DNA from: Auanema rhodensis
Taxonomy: Eukaryota; Animalia; Nematoda
Reading direction: 5' to 3'
Assembly (NCBI GenBank): GCA_964057225.1
Contig: CAXKVF010000078.1
Location: forward strand, 310,001-374,000
DNA: 64,000 nucleotides
The translations under genes were made by a program, and so were the position numbers. The notes beneath the pieces were generated by a model. It had not been told where the DNA came from. It saw only the letters and a list, made by a program, of their open reading frames with translations, and searched no databases. Shown here one piece after another: positions 1 to 12,800 of this stretch; within the stretch, counting starts at the first letter, position 1, and the number at the start of each line of letters is the position of its first letter.

Positions 1-527
1 ATGGTTACCATGAAGCAATATCAATAAAAATTTGTTTTTAGACTAATATGGACATGGGGAATCTAATTTTGGAAACCTCATCTCTTTATCTTTCACGTGA
101 AGCGAGTTACATACCAAGTGCACATCACGTGTACATTTAATTAGCATAAATTAAAGTTCACGTAAATTTCAAAGTCATGGTTACCATGAAGCAATATCAA
201 TACAAATTTGTTTTTAGACTAATATGGACATGGGAAATCTAATTTTGAAAACCGCATCTCTTTATCTTTCACGTGAAGCGAGTTACATACCAAGTGCACA
301 TCACGTGTACATTTAATTAGCATAAATTAAAGTTCACGTAAATTTCAAAGCCATGGTTACCATGAACCAATATCAATAAAAATTTGTTTTTAGACTAATA
401 TGGACATGGGGAATCTAATTTTGAAAACCGCATCTCTTTATCTTTCACGTGAAGCGAGTTACATACCAAGTGCACATCACGTGTACATTTAATTAGCATA
501 AATTAAAGTTCACGTAAATTTCAAAGT

Positions 528-540
528 CATGGTTACCATG
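528..540. other. Interrupted palindrome CATGGT-T-ACCATG, once per monomer; example coordinates
   Basis: CATGGT is the reverse complement of ACCATG. The arms extend to 7 bp (TCATGGT-T-ACCATGA) in C13A monomers. Confidence 0.9.
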
Positions 541-704
541 CACCAATATCAATAAAAATTTGTTTTTAGACTAATATGGACATGGGGAATCTAATTTTGA
601 AAACCGCATCTCTTTATCTTTCACGTGAAGCGAGTTACATACCAAGTGCACATCACGTGTACATTTAATTAGCATAAATTAAAGTTCACGTAAATTTCAA
701 AGTC
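529..704 (+). repeat. Representative consensus monomer (176 bp, about 32% GC, 5 CpG)
   Basis: This copy matches the majority sequence. Hand count gives 31 C and 26 G in 176 nt. It has single BstEII (GGTTACC), ApaLI (GTGCAC) and BsrGI (TGTACA) sites and two PmlI (CACGTG) sites. Confidence 0.97.
620..629. other. Perfect 10-bp palindrome TTCACGTGAA (E-box/G-box core), once per monomer at positions 92-101; example coordinates
   Basis: Read directly from the sequence. A second CACGTG lies at monomer 126-131. Protein binding is not demonstrated. Confidence 0.9.
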
Positions 705-3700
705 ATGGTTACCATGCACCAATATCAATAAAAATTTGTTTTTAGACTAATATGGACATGGGGAATCTAATTTTGAAAACCGCATCTCTTTATCTTTCAC
801 GTGAAGCGAGTTACATACCAAGTGCACATCACGTGTACATTTAATTAGCATAAATTAAAGTTCACGTAAATTTCAAAGTCATGGTTACCATGCACCAATA
901 TCAATAAAAATTTGTTTTTAGACTAATATGGACATGGGGAATCTAATTTTGAAAACCGCATCTCTTTATCTTTCACGTGAAGCGAGTTACATACCAAGTG
1001 CACATCACGTGTACATTTAATTAGCATAAATTAAAGTTCACGTAAATTTCAAAGTTATGGTTACCATGCACCAATATCAATAAAAATTTGTTTTTAGACT
1101 AATATGGACATGGGGAATCTAATTTTGAAAACCGCATCTCTTTATCTTTCACGTGAAGCGAGTTACATACCAAGTGCACATCACGTGTACATTTAATTAG
1201 CATAAATTAAAGTTCACGTAAATTTCAAAGTCATGGTTACCATGCACCAATATCAATAAAAATTTGTTTTTAGACTAATATGGACATGGGGAATCTAATT
1301 TTGAAAACCGCATCTCTTTATCTTTCACGTGAAGCGAGTTACATACCAAGTGCACATCACGTGTACATTTAATTAGCATAAATTAAAGTTCACGTAAATT
1401 TCAAAGCCATGGTTACCATGAACCAATATCAATAAAAATTTGTTTTTAGACTAATATGGACATGGGGAATCTAATTTTGAAAACCGCATCTCTTTATCTT
1501 TCACGTGAAGCGAGTTACATACCAAGTGCACATCACGTGTACATTTAATTAGCATAAATTAAAGTTCACGTAAATTTCAAAGTCATGGTTACCATGCACC
1601 AATATCAATAAAAATTTGTTTTTAGACTAATATGGACATGGGGAATCTAATTTTGAAAACCGCATCTCTTTATCTTTCACGTGAAGCGAGTTACATACCA
1701 AGTGCACATCACGTGTACATTTAATTAGCATAAATTAAAGTTCACGTAAATTTCAAAGTCATGGTTACCATGCACCAATATCAATAAAAATTTGTTTTTA
1801 GACTAATATGGACATGGGGAATCTAATTTTGAAAACCGCATCTCTTTATCTTTCACGTGAAGCGAGTTACATACCAAGTGCACATCACGTGTACATTTAA
1901 TTAGCATAAATTAAAGTTCACGTAAATTTCAAAGTCATGGTTACCATGCACCAATATCAATAAAAATTTGTTTTTAGACTAATATGGACATGGGGAATCT
2001 AATTTTGAAAACCGCATCTCTTTATCTTTCACGTGAAGCGAGTTACATACCAAGTGCACATCACGTGTACATTTAATTAGCATAAATTAAAGTTCACGTA
2101 AATTTCAAAGTCATGGTTACCATGCACCAATATCAATAAAAATTTGTTTTTAGACTAATATGGACATGGGGAATCTAATTTTGAAAACCGCATCTCTTTA
2201 TCTTTCAGGTGAAGCGAGTTACATACCAAGTGCACATCACGTGTACATTTAATTAGCATAAATTAAAGTTCACGTAAATTTCAAAGTCATGGTTACCATG
2301 CACCAATATCAATAAAAATTTGTTTTTAGACTAATATGGACATGGGGAATCTAATTTTGAAAACCGCATCTCTTTATCTTTCACGTGAAGCGAGTTACAT
2401 ACCAAGTGCACATCACGTGTACATTTAATTAGCATAAATTAAAGTTCACGTAAATTTCAAAGTTATGGTTACCATGCACCAATATCAATAAAAATTTGTT
2501 TTTAGACTAATATGGACATGGGGAATCTAATTTTGAAAACCGCATCTCTTTATCTTTCACGTGAAGCGAGTTACATACCAAGTGCACATCACGTGTACAT
2601 TTAATTAGCATAAATTAAAGTTCACGTAAATTTCAAAGTCATGGTTACCATGCACCAATATCAATAAAAACTTGTTTTTAGACTAATATGGACATGGGGA
2701 ATCTAATTTTGAAAACCGCATCTCTTTATCTTTCACGTGAAGCGAGTTACATACCAAGTGCACATCACGTGTACATTTAATTAGCATAAATTAAAGTTCA
2801 CGTAAATTTCAAAGTCATGGTTACCATGAAGCAATATCAATAAAAATTTGTTTTTAGACTAATATGGACATGGGGAATCTAATTTTGAAAACCGCATCTC
2901 TTTATCTTTCACGTGAAGCGAGTTACATACCAAGTGCACATCACGTGTACATTTAATTAGCATAAATTAAAGTTCACGTAAATTTCAAAGTCATGGTTAC
3001 CATGAACCAATATCAATAAAAATTTGTTTTTAGACTAATATGGACATGGGGAATCTAATTTTGAAAACCGCATCTCTTTATCTTTCACGTGAAGCGAGTT
3101 ACATACCAAGTGCACATCACGTGTACATTTAATTAGCATAAATTAAAGTTCACGTAAATTTCAAAGTCATGGTTACCATGAAGTAATATCAATAAAAATT
3201 TGTTTTTAGACTAATATGGACATGGGGAATCTAATTTTGAAAACCGCATCTCTTTATCTTTCACGTGAAGCGAGTTACATACCAAGTGCACATCACGTGT
3301 ACATTTAATTAGCATGAATTAAAGTTCACGTAAATTTCAAAGTCATGGTTACCATGCACCAATATCAATAAAAATTTGTATTTAGACTAATATGGACATG
3401 GGGAATCTAATTTTGAAAACCGCATCTCTTTATCTTTCACGTGAAGCGAGTTACATACCAAGTGCACATCACGTGTACATTTAATTAGCATAAATTAAAG
3501 TTCACGTAAATTTCAAAGTCATGGTTACCATGAAGTAATATCAATAAAAATTTGTTTTTAGACTAATATGGACATGGGGAATCTAATTTTGAAAACCGCA
3601 TCTCTTTATCTTTCACGTGAAGCGAGTTACATACCAAGTGCACATCACGTGTACATTTAATTAGCATAAATTAAAGTTCACGTAAATTTCAAAGTCATGG

Positions 3701-5984
3701 TTACCATGAACCAATATCAATAAAAATTTGTTTTTAGACTAATATGGACATGGGGAATCTAATTTTGAAAACCGCATCTCTTTATCTTTCACGTGAAGCG
3801 AGTTACATACCAAGTGCACATCACGTGTACATTTAATTAGCATAAATTAAAGTTCACGTAAATTTCAAAGTCATGGTTACCATGAAGTAATATCAATAAA
3901 AATTTGTTTTTAGACTAATATGGACATGGGGAATCTAATTTTGAAAACCGCATCTCTTTATCTTTCACGTGAAGCGAGTTACATACCAAGTGCACATCAC
4001 GTGTACATTTAATTAGCATGAATTAAAGTTCACGTAAATTTCAAAGTCATGGTTACCATGCACCAATATCAATAAAAATTTGTATTTAGACTAATATGGA
4101 CATGGGGAATCTAATTTTGAAAACCGCATCTCTTTATCTTTCACGTAAAGCGAGTTACATACCAAGTGCACATCACGTGTACATTTAATTAGCATAAATT
4201 AAAGTTCACGTAAATTTCAAAGTCATGGTTACCATGCACCAATATCAATAAAAATTTGTTTTTAGACTAATATGGACATGGGGAATCTAATTTTGAAAAC
4301 TGCATCTCTTTATCTTTCACGTGAAGCGAGTTACATACCAAGTGCACATCACGTGTACATTTAATTAGCATAAATTAAAGTTCACGTAAATTTCAAAGTC
4401 ATGGTTACCATGCACCAATATCAATAAAAACTTGTTTTTAGACTAATATGGACATGGGGAATCTAATTTTGAAAACCGCATCTCTTTATCTTTCACGTGA
4501 AGCGAGTTACATACCAAGTGCACATCACGTGTACATTTAATTAGCATGAATTAAAGTTCACGTAAATTTCAAAGTCATGGTTACCATGCACCAATATCAA
4601 TAAAAATTTGTATTTAGACTAATATGGACATGGGGAATCTAATTTTGAAAACCGCATCTCTTTATCTTTCACGTAAAGCGAGTTACATACCAAGTGCACA
4701 TCACGTGTACATTTAATTAGCATAAATTAAAGTTCACGTAAATTTCAAAGTCATGGTTACCATGCACCAATATCAATAAAAATTTGTTTTTAGACTAATA
4801 TGGACATGGGGAATCTAATTTTGAAAACTGCATCTCTTTATCTTTCACGTGAAGCGAGTTACATACCAAGTGCACATCACGTGTACATTTAATTAGCATA
4901 AATTAAAGTTCACGTAAATTTCAAAGTCATGGTTACCATGAACCAATATCAATAAAAATTTGTTTTTAGATTAATATGGACATGGGGAATCTAATTTTGA
5001 AAACCGCATCTCTTTATCTTTCACGTGAAGCGAGTTACATACCAAGTGCACATCACGTGTACATTTAATTAGCATAAATTAAAGTTCACGTAAATTTCAA
5101 AGTCATGGTTACCATGAAGCAATAACAATAAAAATTTGTTTTTAGACTAATATGGACATGGGAAATCTAATTTTGAAAACCGCATCTCTTTATCTTTCAC
5201 GTGAAGCGAGTTACATACCAAGTGCACATCACGTGTACATTTAATTAGCATAAATTAAAGTTCACGTAAATTTCAAAGTCATGGTTACCATGCACCAATA
5301 TCAATAAAAATTTGTTTTTAGACTAATATGGACATGGGGAATCTAATTTTGAAAACCGCATCTCTTTATCTTTCACGTGAAGCGAGTTACATACCAAGTG
5401 CACATCACGTGTACATTTAATTAGCATAAATTAAAGTTCACGTAAATTTCAAAGTCATGGTTACCATGCACCAATATCAATAAAAATTTGTTTTTAGACT
5501 AATATGGACATGGGGAATCTAATTTTGAAAACCGCATCTCTTTATCTTTCACGTGAAGCGAGTTACATACCAAGTGCACATCACGTGTACATTTAATTAG
5601 CATAAATTAAAGTTCACGTAAATTTCAAAGTCATGGTTACCATGCACCAATATCAATAAAAATTTGTTTTTAGACTAATATGGACATGGGGAATCTAATT
5701 TTGAAAACCGCATCTCTTTATCTTTCACGTGAAGTGAGTTACATACCAAGTGCACATCACGTGTACATTTAATTAGCATAAATTAAAGTTCACGTAAATT
5801 TCAAAGTCATGGTTACCATGCACCAATATCAATAAAAATTTGTTTTTAGACTAATATGGACATGGGGAATCTAATTTTGAAAACCGCATCTCTTTATCTT
5901 TCACGTGAAGCGAGTTACATACCAAATGCACATCACGTGTACATTTAATTAGCATAAATTAAAGTTCACGTAAATTTCAAAGTT

Positions 5985-8900
5985 ATGGTTACCATGCACC
6001 AATATCAATAAAAATTTGTTTTTAGACTAATATGGACATGGGGAATCTAATTTTGAAAACCGCATCTCTTTATCTTTCACGTGAAGCGAGTTACATACCA
6101 AGTGCACATCACGTGTACATTTAATTAGCATAAATTAAAGTTCACGTAAATTTCAAAGTCATGGTTACCATGCACCAATATCAATAAAAACTTGTTTTTA
6201 GACTAATATGGACATGGGGAATCTAATTTTGAAAACCGCATCTCTTTATCTTTTACGTGAAGCGAGTTACATACCAAGTGCACATCACGTGTACATTTAA
6301 TTAGCATAAATTAAAGTTCACGTAAATTTCAAAGTTATGGTTACCATGCACCAATATCAATAAAAATTTGTTTTTAGACTAATATGGACATGGGGAATCT
6401 AATTTTGAAAACCGCATCTCTTTATCTTTCACGTGAAGCGAGTTACATACCAAGTGCACATCACGTGTACATTTAATTAGCATAAATTAAAGTTCACGTA
6501 AATTTCAAAGTCATGGTTACCATGAACCAATATCAATAAAAATTTGTTTTTAGACTAATATGGACATGGGGAATCTAATTTTGAAAACCGCATCTCTTTA
6601 TCTTTCACGTGAAGCGAGTTACATACCAAGTGCACATCACGTGTACATTTAATTAGCATAAATTAAAGTTCACGTAAATTTCAAAGTCATGGTTACCATG
6701 AAGCAATATCAATAAAAATTCGTTTTTAGACTAATATGGACATGGGGAATCTAATTTTGAAAACCGCATCTCTTTATCTTTCACGTGAAGCGAGTTACAT
6801 ACCAAGTGCACATCACGTGTACATTTAATTAGCATAAATTAAAGTTCACGTAAATTTCAAAGTCATGGTTACCATGAAGCAATATCAATAAAAATTTGTT
6901 TTTAGACTAATATGGACATGGGGAATCTAATTTTGAAAACCGCATCTCTTTATCTTTCACGTGAAGCGAGTTACATACCAAGTGCACATCACGAGTACAT
7001 TTAATTAGCATAAATTAAAGTTCACGTAAATTTCAAAGTCATGGTTACCATGAACCAATATCAATAAAAATTTGTTTTTAGACTAATATGGACATGGGGA
7101 ATCTAATTTTGAAAACCGCATCTCTTTATCTTTCACGTGAAGCGAGTTACATACCAAGTGCACATCACGTGTACATTTAATTAGCATAAATTAAAGTTCA
7201 CGTAAATTTCAAAGTCATGGTTACCATGAAGTAATATCAATAAAAATTTGTTTTTAGACTAATATGGACATGGGGAATCTAATTTTGAAAACCGCATCTC
7301 TTTATCTTTCACGTGAAGCGAGTTACATACCAAGTGCACATCACGTGTACATTTAATTAGCATGAATTAAAGTTCACGTAAATTTCAAAGTCATGGTTAC
7401 CATGCACCAATATCAATAAAAATTTGTATTTAGACTAATATGGACATGGGGAATCTAATTTTGAAAACCGCATCTCTTTATCTTTCACGTAAAGCGAGTT
7501 ACATACCAAGTGCACATCACGTGTACATTTAATTAGCATAAATTAAAGTTCACGTAAATTTCAAAGTCATGGTTACCATGCACCAATATCAATAAAAATT
7601 TGTTTTTAGACTAATATGGACATGGGGAATCTAATTTTGAAAACTGCATCTCTTTATCTTTCACGTGAAGCGAGTTACATACCAAGTGCACATCACGTGT
7701 ACATTTAATTAGCATAAATTAAAGTTCACGTAAATTTCAAAGTCATGGTTACCATGAACCAATATCAATAAAAATTTGTTTTTAGACTAATATGGACATG
7801 GGGAATCTAATTTTGAAAACCGCATCTCTTTATCTTTCACGTGAAGCGAGTTACATACCAAGTGCACATCACGTGTACATTTAATTAGCATAAATTAAAG
7901 TTCACGTAAATTTCAAAGTTATGGTTACCATGCACCAATATCAATAAAAATTTGTTTTTAGACTAATATGGACATGGGGAATCTAATTTTGAAAACCGCA
8001 TCTCTTTATCTTTCACGTGAAGCGAGTTACATACCAAGTGCACATCACGTGTACATTTAATTAGCATAAATTAAAGTTCACGTAAATTTCAAAGTCATGG
8101 TTACCATGCACCAATATCAATAAAAACTTGTTTTTAGACTAATATGGACATGGGGAATCTAATTTTGAAAACCGCATCTCTTTATCTTTCACGTGAAACG
8201 AGTTACATACCAAGTGCACATCACGTGTACATTTAATTAGCATAAATTAAAGTTCACGTAAATTTCAAAGTTATGGTTACCATGCACCAATATCAATAAA
8301 AATTTGTTTTTAGACTAATATGGACATGGGGAATCTAATTTTGAAAACCGCATCTCTTTATCTTTTACGTGAAGCGAGTTACATACCAAGTGCACATCAC
8401 GTGTACATTTAATTAGCATAAATTAAAGTTCACGTAAATTTCAAAGTCATGGTTACCATGAACCAATATCAATAAAAATTTGTTTTTAGACTAATATGGA
8501 CATGGGGAATCTAATTTTGAAAACCGCATCTCTTTATCTTTCACGTGAAGCGAGTTACATACCAAGTGCACATCACGTGTACATTTAATTAGCATAAATT
8601 AAAGTTCACGTAAATTTCAAAGTCATGGTTACCATGAAGCAATATCAATAAAAATTCGTTTTTAGACTAATATGGACATGGGGAATCTAATTTTGAAAAC
8701 CGCATCTCTTTATCTTTCACGTGAAGCGAGTTACATACCAAGTGCACATCACGTGTACATTTAATTAGCATAAATTAAAGTTCACGTAAATTTCAAAGTC
8801 ATGGTTACCATGAAGCAATATCAATAAAAATTTGTTTTTAGACTAATATGGACATGGGGAATCTAATTTTGAAAACCGCATCTCTTTATCTTTCACGTGA

Positions 8901-9856
8901 AGCGAGTTACATACCAAGTGCACATCACGTGTACATTTAATTAGCATAAATTAAAGTTCACGTAAATTTCAAAGTCATGGTTACCATGAACCAATATCAA
9001 TAAAAATTTGTTTTTAGACTAATATGGACATGGGGAATCTAATTTTGAAAACCGCATCTCTTTATCTTTCACGTGAAGCGAGTTACATACCAAGTGCACA
9101 TCACGTGTACATTTAATTAGCATAAATTAAAGTTCACGTAAATTTCAAAGTCATGGTTACCATGAAGTAATATCAATAAAAATTTGTTTTTAGACTAATA
9201 TGGACATGGGGAATCTAATTTTGAAAACCGCATCTCTTTATCTTTCACGTGAAGCGAGTTACATACCAAGTGCACATCACGTGTACATTTAATTAGCATG
9301 AATTAAAGTTCACGTAAATTTCAAAGTCATGGTTACCATGCATCAATATCAATAAAAATTTGTATTTAGACTAATATGGACATGGGGAATCTAATTTTGA
9401 AAACCGCATCTCTTTATCTTTCACGTGAAGCGAGTTACATACCAAGTGCACATCACGTGTACATTTAATTAGCATAAATTAAAGTTCACGTAAATTTCAA
9501 AGTCATGGTTACCATGCACCAATATCAATAAAAATTTGTTTTTAGACTAATATGGACATGGGGAATCTAATTTTGAAAACTGCATCTCTTTATCTTTCAC
9601 GTGAAGCGAGTTACATACCAAGTGCACATCACGTGTACATTTAATTAGCATAAATTAAAGTTCACGTAAATTTCAAAGTCATGGTTACCATGAACCAATA
9701 TCAATAAAAATTTGTTTTTAGACTAATATGGACATGGGGAATCTAATTTTGAAAACCGCATCTCTTTATCTTTCACGTGAAGCGAGTTACATACCAAGTG
9801 CACATCACGTGTACATTTAATTAGCATAAATTAAAGTTCACGTAAATTTCAAAGTC
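5985..9856 (+). repeat. Higher-order repeat: two tandem copies of an 11-monomer unit (1936 bp)
   Basis: The same ordered variants occur in 5985-7920 and 7921-9856: consensus; T31C+C176T; consensus; AACC; AAGC+T33C; AAGC; AACC; AAGT+A148G; T36A; C77T; AACC. Confidence 0.88.
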
Positions 9857-12800
9857 ATGGTTACCATGAAGCAATATCAATAAAAATTCGTTTTTAGACT
9901 AATATGGACATGGGGAATCTAATTTTGAAAACCGCATCTCTTTATCTTTCACGTGAAGCGAGTTACATACCAAGTGCACATCACGTGTACATTTAATTAG
10001 CATAAATTAAAGTTCACGTAAATTTCAAAGTCATGGTTACCATGAAGCAATATCAATAAAAATTTGTTTTTAGACTAATATGGACATGGGGAATCTAATT
10101 TTGAAAACCGCATCTCTTTATCTTTCACGTGAAGCGAGTTACATACCAAGTGCACATCACGTTTACATTTAATTAGCATAAATTAAAGTTCACGTAAATT
10201 TCAAAGTCATGGTTACCATGAACCAATATCGATAAAAATTTGTTTTTAGACTAATATGGACATGGGGAATCTAATTTTGAAAACCGCATCTCTTTATCTT
10301 TCACGTGAAGCGAGTTACATACCAAGTGCACATCACGTGTACATTTAATTAGCATAAATTAAAGTTCACGTAAATTTCAAAGTCATGGTTACCATGAAGC
10401 AATATCAATAAAAATTTGTTTTTAGACTAATATGGACATGGGGAATCTAATTTTGAAAACCGCATCTCTTTATCTTTCACGTGAAGCGAGTTACATACCA
10501 AGTGCACATCACGTGTACATTTAATTAGCATAAATTAAAGTTCACGTAAATTTCAAAGTCATGGTTACCATGCACCAATATCAATAGAAATTTGTTTTTA
10601 GACTAATATGGACATGGGGAATCTAATTTTGAAAACCGCATCTCTTTATCTTTCACGTGAAGCGAGTTACATACCAAGTGCACATCACGTGTACATTTAA
10701 TTAGCATAAATTAAAGTTCACGTAAATTTCAAAGTCATGGTTACCATGAACCAATATCAATAAAAATTTGTTTTTAGACTAATATGGACATGGGGAATCT
10801 AATTTTGAAAACCGCATCTCTTTATCTTTCACGTGAAGCGAGTTACATACCAAGTGCACATCACGTGTACATTTAATTAGCATAAATTAAAGTTCACGTA
10901 AATTTCAAAGTCATGGTTACCATGCACCAATATCAATAAAAATTTGTATTTAGACTAATATGGACATGGGGAATCTAATTTTGAAAACCGCATCTCTTTA
11001 TCTTTCACGTGAAGCGAGTTACATACCAAGTGCACATCACGTGTACATTTAATTAGCATAAATTAAAGTTCACGTAAATTTCAAAGTCATGGTTACCATG
11101 CACCAATATCAATAAAAATTTGTTTTTAGACTAATATGGACATGGGGAATCTAATTTTGAAAACCGCATCTCTTTATCTTTCACGTGAAGCGAGTTACAT
11201 ACCAAGTGCACATCACGTGTACATTTAATTAGCATAAATTAAAGTTCACGTAAATTTCAAAGTCATGGTTACCATGCACCAATATCAATAAAAATTTGTA
11301 TTTAGACTAATATGGACATGGGGAATCTAATTTTGAAAACCGCATCTCTTTATCTTTCACGTGAAGCGAGTTACATACCAAGTGCACATCACGTGTACAT
11401 TTAATTAGCATAAATTAAAGTTCACGTAAATTTCAAAGTCATGGTTACCATGCACCAATATCAATAAAAATTTGTTTTTAGACTAATATGGACATGGGGA
11501 ATCTAATTTTGAAAACCGCATCTCTTTATCTTTCACGTGAAGCGAGTTACATACCAAGTGCACATCACGTGTACATTTAATTAGCATAAATTAAAGTTCA
11601 CGTAAATTTCAAAGTCATGGTTACCATGCACCAATATCAATAAAAATTTGTTTTTAGACTAATATGGACATGGGGAATCTAATTTTGAAAACCGCATCTC
11701 TTTATCTTTCACGTGAAGCGAGTTACATACCAATTGCACATCACGTGTACATTTAATTAGCATAAATTAAAGTTCACGTAAATTTCAAAGTCATGGTTAC
11801 CATGCACCAATATCAATAAAAATTTGTATTTAGACTAATATGGACATGGGGAATCTAATTTTAAAAACCGCATCTCTTTATCTTTCACGTGAAGCGAGTT
11901 ACATACCAAGTGCCCATCACGTGTACATTTAATTAGCATAAATTAAAGTTCACGTAAATTTCAAAGTCATGGTTACCATGCACCAATATCAATAAAAATT
12001 TGTTTTTAGACTAATATGGACATGGGGAATCTAATTTTGAAAACCGCATCTCTTTATCTTTCACGTGAAGCGAGTTACATACCAAGTGCACATCACGTGT
12101 ACATTTAATTAGCATAAATTAAAGTTCACGTAAATTTCAAAGTCATGGTTACCATGCACCAATATCAATAAAAATTTGTTTTTAGACTAATATGGACATG
12201 GGGAATCTAATTTTGAAAACCGCATCTCTTTATCTTTCACGTGAAGCGAGTTACATACCAATTGCACATCACGTGTACATTTAATTAGCATAAATTAAAG
12301 TTCACGTAAATTTCAAAGTCATGGTTACCATGCACCAATATCAATAAAAATTTGTATTTAGACTAATATGGACATGGGGAATCTAATTTTGAAAACCGCA
12401 TCTCTTTATCTTTCACGTGAAGCGAGTTACATACCAAGTGCACATCACGTGTACATTTAATTAGCATAAATTAAAGTTCACGTAAATTTCAAAGTCATGG
12501 TTACCATGCACCAATATCAATAAAAATTTGTTTTTAGACTAATATGGACATGGGGAATCTAATTTTGAAAACCGCATCTCTTTATCTTTCACGTGAAGCG
12601 AGTTACATACCAAGTGCACATCACGTGTACATTTAATTAGCATAAATTAAAGTTCACGTAAATTTCAAAGTCATGGTTACCATGAACCAATATCAATAAA
12701 AATTTGTTTTTAGACTAATATGGACATGGGGAATCTAATTTTGAAAACCGCATCTCTTTATCTTTCACGTGAAGCGAGTTACATACCAAGTGCACATCAC

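Noticed and set aside
551-556. AATAAA polyadenylation signal and promoter-like AT-rich words
   Set aside because: Expected in 68% AT sequence, and there is no transcription unit to associate them with.
576-668. 30-codon ORF in each monomer (MDMGNLILKTASLYLSREASYIPSAHHVYI*, monomer 48-140)
   Set aside because: It is short, has no recognisable domain and is plausible by chance. Variants remove the first ATG (G50T) or frameshift it (175-bp copies). Monomer length is not a multiple of 3 and stops prevent any long ORF; ATG-initiated minus-strand ORFs are shorter still.
6718-6737. CENP-B box suggested by the TTCG created by T33C
   Set aside because: The rest of the motif (TTCGNNNNANNCGGG) is absent. 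I saw no match on either strand of the consensus.
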